A DNA stretch of 64,000 nt, from positions 2,803 to 66,802 of the IMG/VR virus record IMGVR_UViG_3300045922_000151; one strand, written 5' to 3'. The notes below the pieces were generated by a model that searched no databases, was not told where the DNA came from, and saw only the letters and a list, made by a program, of their open reading frames with translations. Positions 45,384-55,445 of this stretch are shown one piece after another; position 1 is the first letter of the stretch; each line of letters opens with the position of its first letter. The position numbers and the translations under genes were made by a program. The stretch comes from a virus.

Positions 45384-46679
45384 TTATTTGAATGGATTAA
45401 CGATTTCCTCGCTCGTGCTGCCAGCGGTTTTTTTCTGCTCTAAATTCTTCTTAAACTCATCCCAATAAACCTGAAGTATTGATGGCAGAATAGACGACCG
45501 AAGTCTATTTTCCGTCATCGTCTTAAACCAATTTGGCGGCGTTGGATTTTCTAAATCTCTTCCAATCTCTGCCTCACTCATACCAACTAAAGATGTTGGC
45601 AAACCAAGATTTTTTGCTTCAATAAGTGTTAATCTATTTCCACCTCCAGTCTGTTGGACTTCTAACCTCTGTCTTGCCAAATCAAGATTTGCGGCTTGCG
45701 CTTGCATTTGATCCAATGTCTTTTGTATCTTTAAGTCATTCCCTTGCTTTACCGCCTTCCTTAACGATTTAAGACTTTCAAGGGGATATCCACTTACACT
45801 TGCCCATTGATTTAATTCATCATCGGACAATCCGCCAAGCCCGCCAGTAGAAATAAGTTGCTGTATCATTTGCCTTGCGTTGTCTCTCTGTCTTTCTTGG
45901 GCGGTTGTAATGTTGCTTACCTCCGACTTCGCTAAATCAAGCGACTTATTATAGTCGTCAATTAAGAAGTTATATTGAAGCTCTAACGCTTTAAGGTTTT
46001 TGTCGGCTTGATTTTGAAGATACTGAACTCTTTTTTGGCGGATATTTTCGGGAACTCCGCCTTCCTGCGAAAGTTCTTTCACGGCATCATCAAAAACTTG
46101 GGTCGCCGCCAAAATTCTTTGTCTCATCGTATCTATTGCTTGCTGTTTTTCGGAGATTTTGTATTTATTGATAACTGACTGGAATATATTTTCGTCGGTT
46201 ATCTGGCCGCCTAAAACTTGCGACTGGCTCGGCGGTGTAATCGCTTTTGGAATTGACTCTTGAAGAGAAATAGTGGTCTTGTATAACTCGTTTAGCCGAC
46301 TGCTTAAATCAGCAATAGTTTTTTGGTCAACGGTCGGTGTTTTTGTCGGAGTAATCTTCCCTAAATCAATAACATCTCCGCTTATATTCGGGCTGATTTT
46401 CGGCGACTCAAGGGTTATTTTCGGCTCTGGTAAAGTAATAGAAGAAACAGGAATGGTTGAAGCGGAAGTGGTTGAAGTTAAGGTCGGCGGCGATTTCGGC
46501 TGATAAACATTAGGGGAAATCTGAGGTTTGGATTGATAAACATTATTGGCAGGAGTCATTTGTGGTGTTGCTTGAGCAACTGGAGTCGGCGGCGGTTGAG
46601 TCGTAGTCGCCCCGCTACCGCCAACAAATAAATTCTTAATCGCTTTTATTGGTGATGTTATAAAATCAAGTAACGCCAT
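45384..46679 (-). CDS. Putative ejection/internal virion protein
   Basis: P/T-rich N-terminus, Q-rich coiled coils; position. Confidence 0.55.
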   Translation of the reverse strand: MALLDFITSPIKAIKNLFVGGSGATTTQPPPTPVAQATPQMTPANNVYQSKPQISPNVYQPKSPPTLTSTTSASTIPVSSITLPEPKITLESPKISPNISGDVIDLGKITPTKTPTVDQKTIADLSSRLNELYKTTISLQESIPKAITPPSQSQVLGGQITDENIFQSVINKYKISEKQQAIDTMRQRILAATQVFDDAVKELSQEGGVPENIRQKRVQYLQNQADKNLKALELQYNFLIDDYNKSLDLAKSEVSNITTAQERQRDNARQMIQQLISTGGLGGLSDDELNQWASVSGYPLESLKSLRKAVKQGNDLKIQKTLDQMQAQAANLDLARQRLEVQQTGGGNRLTLIEAKNLGLPTSLVGMSEAEIGRDLENPTPPNWFKTMTENRLRSSILPSILQVYWDEFKKNLEQKKTAGSTSEEIVNPFK

Positions 46680-46725
46680 AATATAGTAATATAATTATGA
46701 TATAACTCTAGGTCTTTTGTCTACC

Positions 46726-48228
46726 TTATTGATACCAAACAATAACCTTTTTTACTGCTCCCGACCAGTTATCCGTTCCGCCGTGTGTAATTGTTAATTT
46801 CAATCTGAACTTTGAACAGGATTTGCCGACTGAGAATACTTTGCGATGCTTGCTGTCGGAATTAGTAACACTCCCGATGCTTGAAGTGGCAAAATCCGCG
46901 TATAACTCCTCATTCTTTGTATCTAGCGAAACGGCAATTGAGCCGCCGGCATCAGGTTTGCCATCATAATAAACCTCAATTTTGCGGATAGTTATAGTCT
47001 GATGGAAATTTATCCAATTAGAAACATAAGAACCAGTAAGAGAGGAGGAGAAGTAAGCCGATGGCGAAGTTGCCCCCAAACCTCCGGTTAGTTTCCATCT
47101 CATCTCTCCTTCCGTGCCAGAGAACAAAACTAAATAATCGTTTGTCTGAATGGCCTTTTTAATCCCATATTGAAAAACTGTATTTGAAGAAACTTTATCC
47201 ATAAACAGCTCATCTTCAAAAGGATTGAAGAAAAGAAGGTAATAACCATCAACCGAAACCGGTATAACCAAATTATTGCCGATAGATGTTATAGCGGAGC
47301 GAAAAATGAATTGATTGAAAAATGGTCTTATTCCATAAAGAACCTTTTTTAACAAAAGTGTTAATCCCGATAATTCATAAATGTATAAATCATTGTATAG
47401 AGTGCTTACCAAAAACCAACTATTGCCGACTTTGGTCAACCCTTTATATTGCCCCAAAAACGGAATTTCTTTTATAAATGAAACTCCCGGCAATCCCTCC
47501 CAGATATAAACCTTATTTTCGGAATTAAAAGAAACCGATTGACCGACAACGGCTATGTATTGATTATTGATATTCCTAAAATCAACCACGACATTGCCAA
47601 CCCCCAAATCAAAAGCAGGGTTTAGCGGATTAAAAGAAGTATCAAAAATCTTAATATACCTCCTTGTCCCTAAAGCCGTATCAGTATCAGCTACATAAAG
47701 CCAATTAGCGAATGTTCCTACTATCCTCGGGGTGCTAAAAGAACCAAAAACTGACCAAGACCCGGAATTATCTTCATTTTTGTAAAAACTACTTCCACCC
47801 AAAGGATAGATAACAACGATTTTCCCATTAAAAACAGTAATATCAACTGCATTATTATTATTTATTGCCGAACCAGTAAAATATCCATAATCCGCTCCAG
47901 TAACAACTCCGTTTTGGTTTAACCCCAAGACTCTTCCTTTTGAGGTAACAACATAAAAATCGCCTTTACCGCTTTGAGTAATAGGATCAGCGGCAGAAAC
48001 TATATTGCCATAACTTCCAAAAGAAGACGGCACATTCTCTTTAAGAGACGGCATAAGCGGATAAACCGCGTCATTATTATCAACCGTCAATTCTCCGCTT
48101 GGAAGTCCATACTTCCACATAGGATTATATCCGACGATAAGCCGATGATAAAGTTCTTCATCATTCTCATATGTCTCAAGAGATTTAATCGTGCATTTAT
48201 TGAAGTTTTGGAATAATATTGGCTTCAT
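46726..48228 (-). CDS. Tail hub/stabilisation protein (P22 gp10-like beta-propeller)
   Basis: All-beta 500 aa preceding ejection genes; C-terminal KFRLKL. Confidence 0.55.
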   Translation of the reverse strand: MKPILFQNFNKCTIKSLETYENDEELYHRLIVGYNPMWKYGLPSGELTVDNNDAVYPLMPSLKENVPSSFGSYGNIVSAADPITQSGKGDFYVVTSKGRVLGLNQNGVVTGADYGYFTGSAINNNNAVDITVFNGKIVVIYPLGGSSFYKNEDNSGSWSVFGSFSTPRIVGTFANWLYVADTDTALGTRRYIKIFDTSFNPLNPAFDLGVGNVVVDFRNINNQYIAVVGQSVSFNSENKVYIWEGLPGVSFIKEIPFLGQYKGLTKVGNSWFLVSTLYNDLYIYELSGLTLLLKKVLYGIRPFFNQFIFRSAITSIGNNLVIPVSVDGYYLLFFNPFEDELFMDKVSSNTVFQYGIKKAIQTNDYLVLFSGTEGEMRWKLTGGLGATSPSAYFSSSLTGSYVSNWINFHQTITIRKIEVYYDGKPDAGGSIAVSLDTKNEELYADFATSSIGSVTNSDSKHRKVFSVGKSCSKFRLKLTITHGGTDNWSGAVKKVIVWYQ

Positions 48229-48488
48229 ACAAGTATTAAATAATAAACATCGGAAGTATCAGTCGCGCTTGAGCTTGTGATTGTCGCCTGCCCGCCCGAA
48301 CAAGATATTCTTAAATCTCCCGTTGTTCCACCTGCTGTTTTTCTTGAAACAAGTCCGACAGAAGAAGTTGATATTCTGGGATTGATAATTGTCGCCGAAC
48401 CGGAAACAAGTGTGGCTGTCCCCTTTACAAACAAGGTCTCTTTAATCGCAATTTTGTCGTCTTGGTCTAATGGAAAATCTAACCTCAT
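48225..48488 (-). CDS. Small virion protein
   Basis: GTATLVSGSATI...TITSSSATDTSDVYYLI beta motif. Confidence 0.55.
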   Translation of the reverse strand: MRLDFPLDQDDKIAIKETLFVKGTATLVSGSATIINPRISTSSVGLVSRKTAGGTTGDLRISCSGGQATITSSSATDTSDVYYLILV

Positions 48489-48781
48489 AATTTTTTTGTT
48501 CTTTCTTTTATAATCTCTATCCCTTCAATTACACGGCTAATTTTATTATCTGTGCGATAAACAATATCTCTAATCTCTTGGAGAACTCCTAATATTTGGT
48601 GATGATTATCGTTAGAAATAATATTAAGTTTATCGTAAATATCAGGCGAAATGCCGTTATTTATTTTCTTATCAAGAAACTTAGCCAATACCTTTATCAA
48701 GGGCAATAAAGAAATAACAAAAATCCCTAGTATTGCCAACCCTGATAAATTATCCACGGATTGAAATAGGTAATCTGACAT
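48485..48781 (-). CDS. Holin-like TM plus coiled-coil protein
   Basis: One TM helix then coiled coil. Confidence 0.45.
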   Translation of the reverse strand: MSDYLFQSVDNLSGLAILGIFVISLLPLIKVLAKFLDKKINNGISPDIYDKLNIISNDNHHQILGVLQEIRDIVYRTDNKISRVIEGIEIIKERTKKL

Positions 48782-48803
48782 AATCTAAAAAACCCATTAA
48801 CTA

Positions 48804-49700
48804 TTAAAAGATAAAGAATGCGTTGCCAAAAAATGGTGTTGGCGCGAAGGCCACATAATAATAACCGCCGCTAGAATTAACTACCGCATTGTTCCCCACC
48901 TGAAATCCATCTGCTTCAAACGCTTGAATCGCGTTTGTTATCGGGGTCGTGTTCCCTTTTGATAAACTTGTTAAATCTCCTGAATGAGCGCTAGTCCTCC
49001 AACCTGCTTGTGTTGAACTGGCCGATTTTACCAAAACAGCTGTCGGCTCAAACCCTACGCCTGTAATAGAACGATTATCATTGTTATCACCGCTATAGCT
49101 TCCAGTTTTGAACGAACCACTTGCTTTGATTGCGAAATAATAATAAGTCTTTCCAGAAGCATTAACCGTCCCATCAGTCCCAATCTGAAATCCATCAGCT
49201 TGTAGAGCTTGAATACCATTAGGTTCTTCGGCAAAATCAGAAAAGTATTGTGCAATATCTGTGCTATTGCCGGAGGAGGCCGGTTTTTGAACAGCATTGC
49301 CAGTATCTCCCTGCAACACAACCCATTCGGGCTGAAAACCAACCCCCGTGATATTTCTATTATCCGAATTATTACCAGTATAAGTCCCTGTTTTGACATC
49401 CGTCCCCGCCAAAGCAAGGTAATAATAATCTACCCCCGATGTATTTTTTTCACCTCTCACCGTAAAACCATTAGAATCCAAAGAATCAATACCCACGGCT
49501 TGTCCGCTGTCTCCCATCGTTGAAGAAACACTACTCGCGCCTTGGGGATGTTGGTCGGTTTTGAATAAAGTAGCGGATGTATTTACCGACCCAGTTGTAG
49601 CGAAAATAATAACCACTTTCGGGGTAAAACCAAGACCAGTTATCCCTCTTGGGCTTGACCCATCTCCTGTATATGTTCCTGTCGCAACATTTAACGCCAT
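48804..49700 (-). CDS. Tail-fibre-associated protein with three internal domain repeats
   Basis: TGTYTG(D/N)...R.ITG(L/V)GF.P ... DGF..G ... YYY.A three times. Confidence 0.65.
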   Translation of the reverse strand: MALNVATGTYTGDGSSPRGITGLGFTPKVVIIFATTGSVNTSATLFKTDQHPQGASSVSSTMGDSGQAVGIDSLDSNGFTVRGEKNTSGVDYYYLALAGTDVKTGTYTGNNSDNRNITGVGFQPEWVVLQGDTGNAVQKPASSGNSTDIAQYFSDFAEEPNGIQALQADGFQIGTDGTVNASGKTYYYFAIKASGSFKTGSYSGDNNDNRSITGVGFEPTAVLVKSASSTQAGWRTSAHSGDLTSLSKGNTTPITNAIQAFEADGFQVGNNAVVNSSGGYYYVAFAPTPFFGNAFFIF

Positions 49701-49703
49701 ATT

Positions 49704-50930
49704 CTATAGATTATCTAACTTCGCCACAAAATCCCATTTAGAAAAGTCGGCATTATAAATAAACCCTAAATACATTGTTTTACCCGCTGTTGTCGCGGTA
49801 GGTAAAGGTAAATCAGAACTTCCTCTATAGGCAGTCCCCCACGAGATTGTTCGGCTAGCTCCATTGTCTTTAATACGAATAGTCAATCGTTGCCCATCAG
49901 TCGGCGTGCCGGTTGGATTAGCAACCGTCAAATTCTGGTTAAGACTCAAAATAACTTCCATATCGTAGCTGTCTATATTGGGAGTAAGAGTAGCCACGCT
50001 TGTAGAGCTATCCACCCTCAAGTTTATTCTTTTATTAGTCAAAGTTTGGCTATCAGAAGTCCCAACTACACTGCCGCTTACTCCGTGGACGCTAGAACTA
50101 GCTGATATGTGGCTGTCAATTTGAGCGTGGGTGTTTGTGCCGATGTTTGAAAGTTGTGTATGATCTGCTGTTCCCATCAAAACCCAAGCAGACCCATCGT
50201 CTCGGTATATTTTCTTTGTATCAGTGGCAATATAAATCCTTCCCGCTGTTCCCGCCGCTGGTTTGCCTGCGTCTGTTCCCGCCTGAATAGATGGAGACGA
50301 GCCGGCGTTTGAAACAAAATCAGCCGAAGATTTGCCGCTATCTTTTATAAGTTTCCCAGTAGTGCCGTCAAAGGCGACAAGATTGTTATTTGTGGAGGAA
50401 GCTGGGCCAACGACTACTGAAGAAGCGGATACGCCACTATCCTTAATAACTTTTCCTGTAGTGCCATTAAAAGAAGCTATATTGTTATCGGTGGCAGAAG
50501 AGGGACCGACAACATCTCCCGTCCCAGTCCCATCAGTTCCTTTTTGCGCTAATAACTCCCAATAAGTAGCGTTTGGCGGTGATTGATTTGTATTTGCTTG
50601 AATACAAACATAAGACGAGCCGTTGCGTTCAACCGCATCATCAACAACATAAGAAGTAGAATTATTCCAAGTCCCTCTCCAGTTTAATCCTTTTGCTCCT
50701 TGTGGCCCAGTTGCTCCTGTTGGTCCTTGAGAACCTGTAGCGCCAGTATCCCCTTTTTGCGCCAAAAGTTTCCAATAAGTCCCGTTAGTATCTGTTGCTG
50801 GGTCTTGGTTAGTGTTGTTAGAAACACAAGCATAAGAAGAACCATTGCGAACAACAATATCACCCACGGTATAAGCAGTGGTGTTGCTCCAAGTCCCTCT
50901 CATCAGTTGTGAAAATAATTTATTTGCCAT
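49704..50930 (-). CDS. Tail fibre protein (carbohydrate-binding-like and collagen-like segments)
   Basis: RGTW...Y.V.D.V.RNGSSY.C x2, GxyGxy run, VVGPSSATDNNIASFNGTTGK.IKDSG x2. Confidence 0.75.
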   Translation of the reverse strand: MANKLFSQLMRGTWSNTTAYTVGDIVVRNGSSYACVSNNTNQDPATDTNGTYWKLLAQKGDTGATGSQGPTGATGPQGAKGLNWRGTWNNSTSYVVDDAVERNGSSYVCIQANTNQSPPNATYWELLAQKGTDGTGTGDVVGPSSATDNNIASFNGTTGKVIKDSGVSASSVVVGPASSTNNNLVAFDGTTGKLIKDSGKSSADFVSNAGSSPSIQAGTDAGKPAAGTAGRIYIATDTKKIYRDDGSAWVLMGTADHTQLSNIGTNTHAQIDSHISASSSVHGVSGSVVGTSDSQTLTNKRINLRVDSSTSVATLTPNIDSYDMEVILSLNQNLTVANPTGTPTDGQRLTIRIKDNGASRTISWGTAYRGSSDLPLPTATTAGKTMYLGFIYNADFSKWDFVAKLDNL

Positions 50931-50932
50931 AT

Positions 50933-51109
50933 TTATGATTTATTTTGATATGACCAATTAAATTCTGGATCGCTCCAAACCAACACCTCATTTTCGGCCA
51001 CTCCTAATAAAACATAATCAGAATTATCTGTTAAAATATACGCCAAAACACCACTCTTATCCTGATATGTTAAACTCCCACTATGTTTTGTTTGATAACT
51101 CCAACTCAT
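50933..51109 (-). CDS. Small protein (58 aa, not in ORF track)
   Basis: MSWSYQTKHS...FNWSYQNKS; ATGA overlap upstream, ends 2 nt before the fibre gene. Confidence 0.6.
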   Translation of the reverse strand: MSWSYQTKHSGSLTYQDKSGVLAYILTDNSDYVLLGVAENEVLVWSDPEFNWSYQNKS

Positions 51110-51603
51110 TTTTTCTTAAAAATAAACCTTATATCTTGTTTTTGTTCGTCCTCCTCTATTGTTAAAATTTCGCAATTATCTAATTCCCCAGCCCATTTTT
51201 CAACTCTTTCCTTGCTTATATTCTCATAATAGTTGTCCTCTCCAACTTCTTGATAATGCGGCGCTCTGCCTACATTTGCGGCGGTTATAATTAAATAACC
51301 TCCTTTTTTTAATAATTTCCAAGCATTTTTTATACTCTCATCTGCGTATTTATCGTGTTCCAGCATTTCTGTTGAAATAACAACATCAAATTTTGTTTTG
51401 CTCTTAAATTCGTGGGCTTTTGAAACAACATCAACTCCATCTCCTTCAATTTTGTCTATGCCTGTATAATTACAATTTTCAAAAAACTCTCTAGGTGTTC
51501 CATTTATATTCAAACTCCCCAACTCTAAAACTCTCTTACCAGTAAAAATATCCGGCTTTTGTTCTTTTATTTTACTTAAAAATTGTTTAACTTCTAAATG
51601 CAT
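51106..51603 (-). CDS. Class I SAM-dependent methyltransferase (type 11-like)
   Basis: VLELGSLNING, YTGID..G.GVDVV, FDVVISTEMLEHD, LKKGG. Confidence 0.85.
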   Translation of the reverse strand: MHLEVKQFLSKIKEQKPDIFTGKRVLELGSLNINGTPREFFENCNYTGIDKIEGDGVDVVSKAHEFKSKTKFDVVISTEMLEHDKYADESIKNAWKLLKKGGYLIITAANVGRAPHYQEVGEDNYYENISKERVEKWAGELDNCEILTIEEDEQKQDIRFIFKKK

Positions 51604-51604
51604 A

Positions 51605-52333
51605 TTATTGATAATTTTCTTTTCTTGGTATTAAAACATTTCTCCTATTCGTCCCTTGTCTCTCTTGAAGCCAAGAGATAAAAGACGCCTTTAACTCTAA
51701 ATGGGCTTGTTTTACCGCATTGTATTTGTCCATATCATTCCCCAATAAATAATCCATAGCCGCCTTCAAAGATAAAATCCTGTGAAAAGCAGGATTAAAT
51801 CCCGGAGTTTTTGTTGTATCGCTTGCGACAAATTTACCCTCATTAGAAAGTTTTGAAAGGTAAATCTTTAATCCATCGCTTTGGGTAACATCATTAGACG
51901 AAGGAGCAGGGAATAAGAAAAGCGAATTACCCCTAAACGAGTATTTGGCTGGAAGTCCGGGGTCGCCCGCCCACTCTTCTGGATTATAAGGAATATCGCT
52001 CCAAGCAATAAAATATAAATCTCTCCAATTTCCGTCCTTGTCTTTAATAGCGGCTCTTTCAATGTGAATAATATCGGTGTCCAATGAATAATCCATTTGG
52101 CCATTAACCAAATCAGTCGTAGCAATGTTTAATTTGCTCTCATTAGCGTCCATAAAAGACCATTTGGGAGAATGCTTCCAATGCAAAATCCCCACTTGGT
52201 ATAATTCTTCATTCATATTTCTGGCAATATCAGCAACAGGATATTCCGCAGAATGGTCCAAACTATCTCCAAAAATATGAAACCAAGTATCCTGAACTAA
52301 TCCCTGTTTATTTGTTGTATCATTAAATACCAT
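51605..52333 (-). CDS. Head-tail adaptor (podovirus tail tubular A-like)
   Basis: DLVNGQMDYSL, GLPAKY..RGNSLFLFPAP, PGFNPAFHRILSL. Confidence 0.65.
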   Translation of the reverse strand: MVFNDTTNKQGLVQDTWFHIFGDSLDHSAEYPVADIARNMNEELYQVGILHWKHSPKWSFMDANESKLNIATTDLVNGQMDYSLDTDIIHIERAAIKDKDGNWRDLYFIAWSDIPYNPEEWAGDPGLPAKYSFRGNSLFLFPAPSSNDVTQSDGLKIYLSKLSNEGKFVASDTTKTPGFNPAFHRILSLKAAMDYLLGNDMDKYNAVKQAHLELKASFISWLQERQGTNRRNVLIPRKENYQ

Positions 52334-52334
52334 A

Positions 52335-52733
52335 TTATTTTTGATTTTCTTTTATTTTATTTTCGTATTTAACTCTATTTTCTAAAAACTTGTCTTTGGC
52401 AATGACTTTCAACTCTTCAACCGCGTCTTTTAGTTTCAAAATAATTTTTTCTTTATCTCCCAATCTCACTTCTGAAATATCTTCAAACTCTCTAAAAAGG
52501 AAAAGATAATTTTTATACACAACCTCTAAAATCTGCTCATTAAACTTTGTAATCGTTTTTTGTAATTCGTTATACTCCGCCTCTAGTTTTCTCATCTCCT
52601 TTACAACCCCCAACTGCTTTTCAGCATATTTGGAACGCCTTTGTAAAAGGCCTTTAATCTCTCTGTCGTCTAATAAAATCTCTCTCGTCCCGACTTCTTT
52701 ATTTATTTGATTTTGTTGTATATCTTGTCCCAC
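52335..52733 (-). CDS. Coiled-coil hypothetical protein
   Basis: 132-aa ORF. Confidence 0.55.
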   Translation of the reverse strand: MGQDIQQNQINKEVGTREILLDDREIKGLLQRRSKYAEKQLGVVKEMRKLEAEYNELQKTITKFNEQILEVVYKNYLFLFREFEDISEVRLGDKEKIILKLKDAVEELKVIAKDKFLENRVKYENKIKENQK

Positions 52734-53634
52734 AATTTATATTTTGTCTTTATATTATAATTTTCTAAAACATATTTTCTCGCTTCTTTCGCTTTTTGTT
52801 TTAATTTTTCTAAATTATTTTTTGCCTCCATAACCACATTATACCAGTTATCATAAACAATAGTCATATATTTCTGGTCTTCCTTGTTTTGCTGATATGG
52901 AGAAGTCCCGTCATAAAACCCTTGCGCCAAAACGGGAATTTCAAGCATTGTCATTTCCAAGAACTTTATATTTGACTTACATCAATTCTGACATACGGAT
53001 TAAACTCATAATTAATATTCATCCATCCTTTTAAGTCTTCATCGCTTTCAGAATGAAAAGCAAATAATACAATCTGAATATCCTTCTCCTTGCTTAATTT
53101 CTCTAAATCACCTTTACAAATCTTAAAATCGTCATACGCTACCGAACCTACAATTCCAACCCTTATCTTCTCATTCTGATATTCTTGCGGAGCCGGCCAA
53201 TCGTCTGGATCAATACAATTCGGCAAGACGTAAACATTTTTATTTATGCGTTGATATTCTTCTTTTAGAAACTCTGTTGAGCAAGTAACTAAATCAGCAT
53301 TCCTGATAAAACTCTCAATTCTTTTGTCTATATTTTCCGCATATTCTTTTAACTTGCCTTTTACTCCAATCGGGTCTTTATAGGTATCATCATTATCAAC
53401 CACCAACGCCTTCCCCATTTTCTTAATAATTCCTGCTATCTCTATTCTTTGAACCTCAAATGGTCTATGCATTACCACAATATCTGACTGAAGCATTAAT
53501 TGAGTAGCATCTTTCGGGTCTCGCCTTTCTTCCAAGGTTTTATAATCGCCAACCCAACCATTATATTTCATCGGCAGCCAAAGTCTCACATAATTACAAC
53601 CTTGATATAATCCAAAAGAAAAGTAGGGTTTCAT
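52703..53634 (-). pseudogene. GT-B glycosyltransferase broken near 52980 (frameshift, probable deletion)
   Basis: GCNYVRL..P, DIVVMHRP, VDNDD, ADLVTCSTEFL, VLPNCID in frame 1; CKSNIKFLEMTMLEIPV...ARKYVLENYNI in a second frame. Confidence 0.7.
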
Positions 53635-53852
53635 TTTACTATATCTTTCCAAGTCTCGGGCTTAATTCCTTTTTCCTCCATCTCTGCTTGCTTTTTTAAT
53701 TTCTCCTCCATCTTTGCCAATTGTTCCGGTGTAGGAGTTCTCAATACTTCTTTTGGTTTAATTACTTCGTGGGTTTCGGGATTTATTTCATCCCCATTGA
53801 TGTTAAAGAACCTTTTTTCTTTATGTAGATTTTTTGCAATAAATACTCCCAT
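53631..53852 (-). CDS. Small protein downstream of capsid
   Basis: Start re-called to MGVFIAK after GAGGAGG SD. Confidence 0.6.
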   Translation of the reverse strand: MGVFIAKNLHKEKRFFNINGDEINPETHEVIKPKEVLRTPTPEQLAKMEEKLKKQAEMEEKGIKPETWKDIVK

Positions 53853-53919
53853 ATTTTTAATCCTCCTCACAGAGGAGGCGGGGTCGTGAGGAAACCCCAC
53901 CCCCTCAAAGGATAACCAC

Positions 53920-54532
53920 TTATTCAGCAGTTATAATCGCAACACCACCATTGGTTCTATTGAGGACAACTCCGTAGAGAATATCCGCAGTAGTCAATGT
54001 ATGGAGGTATGCTTGCTGGTAAGACGACTGCACACGAATGCCGTGTTTGCCAACTGTTCCGTTTTCTGTCATCACAGGCAACGAAGCAGTGGCATAGTGA
54101 ATAGCATCATTCACGGCAAGCGCATTGTATCTTCCCGTTGAGCCGCTAACATTCTTAATGAAGTTAGAGGCATAGAGAGGAATACTATACAACTTGCCCA
54201 TAACACCCTTGCCGATAGGAGACATCTCCGGAGCATTGACAGCCAAAGTGAACTTATCAATGCCCATCAAGTCATCCCATACAACAGCGGTGTCAATGAA
54301 GAATGCCGCTTCACCAAGATTAGCGCCCGTAGCCGCCAAAATAGCAATCGCCTTGCGAATATTTGAGTCAACAAGATCAGTAGTAGAAGTGCCAACCGAA
54401 GAAGTAAATGAACTAAACAAGTCGGTAATTGCCTGTTCTAACTTCTTTGCTAACTCATATCCGGCATTCTTTGCCAACCTGTCTTGGAGGTAGAAAGAAC
54501 GCATAACCTGAACAGCTTCTTTATCCTCAATT
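53920..54532 (-). CDS. Major capsid protein exon 2 (P22/T7-like coat)
   Basis: Frame open upstream of annotated Met: IEDKEAVQVMRSFYLQ...TADILYGV. Confidence 0.9.
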
Positions 54533-55445
54533 CAATTTTGTTATCACAAGAACATCTCTTTCTCGTTTCCTTGTATTACTACAAGGTTCGGGTCATATCA
54601 CGCCTTTCGGCTGGGACATTTGTGGGGATTATATTTATTCACCCCTGACCTCCTCACTCGCCCGGAGAGCCTTTCGCAATCTCTCCTGCTGGCTCTGTAT
54701 TATCCAATTTCTGGACTTCTACAGAATTAGCCCCATTATTCAATAATTCGTCATCATTATCTCTCCTGTATGTTTTTCTATGACAGATTTTACATAGGGT
54801 TATCCCGTTATTTATATCGTAAAAATAAGGATCATTTAACCAAAATGGATTATTTCTGTCTCCGGGATAATCACTCAATAACTTCCATAATCTTACCTTA
54901 TGGTGCGGTTCAAGCATTTTTCTCTCTAATTTTTCCCCGCATATTTGACAGGTAAAATTATCTCTCTGAAAAACCGCAAGCCTCCATTTCTTGTAAGCAA
55001 TCAATCCTCTCATTCTCGTTCCGATATACCTTAATCCATTTTTGTAATTTGGGTTTAATTCCCCCAGATATAATATTCTTCTATAGTCGGCTAAACATTT
55101 TCTTGAGCAATAAGTTCTTCTATCTTTTGCATAACTCTTAAATGTAGAAAATTCCTTTCCGCAATTTTCGCATTTTAATTTTACCCTTCCATATTCACTT
55201 CTGCATTTCAAAGAGCAAAATAATATTTTTTGCTTTTTAAGATAGCTCTTTCTTCTGTAAAACTCTTTTCCGCAATTCAGACAAAATCTTTGCACTGCTC
55301 TATTTTTTCTACTCCATTCAACAAAACATTTCCAAGAACAACATTTTTTATGGTCTGGAGGAATTTCCTTATTCTTACAATTTACGCATAACATTGATTG
55401 TAAAAGAGCAATAATGATTGGCGAATTAAGGTCGTAATTGTGCTT
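54533..55445 (-). ncRNA. Group I intron (IA-like, 913 nt) in capsid gene
   Basis: P3 TGGGGC/GTCCCA, P4 TTCTGT/ACAGAG, P7 GGTCA/TGACC, P8 GCC-GAAA-GGC, P9 CCTTGTA-GTAA-TACAAGG, terminal G at 54533; removal restores the frame. Confidence 0.9.
54654..55394 (-). CDS. Intron-encoded HNH homing endonuclease with N-terminal Zn-finger repeats
   Basis: C..CGKEF...FCS..C repeats; WRLAVFQRDNFTCQICG...EPHH...NGITLCKICH. Confidence 0.92.
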   Translation of the reverse strand: MLCVNCKNKEIPPDHKKCCSWKCFVEWSRKNRAVQRFCLNCGKEFYRRKSYLKKQKILFCSLKCRSEYGRVKLKCENCGKEFSTFKSYAKDRRTYCSRKCLADYRRILYLGELNPNYKNGLRYIGTRMRGLIAYKKWRLAVFQRDNFTCQICGEKLERKMLEPHHKVRLWKLLSDYPGDRNNPFWLNDPYFYDINNGITLCKICHRKTYRRDNDDELLNNGANSVEVQKLDNTEPAGEIAKGSPGE

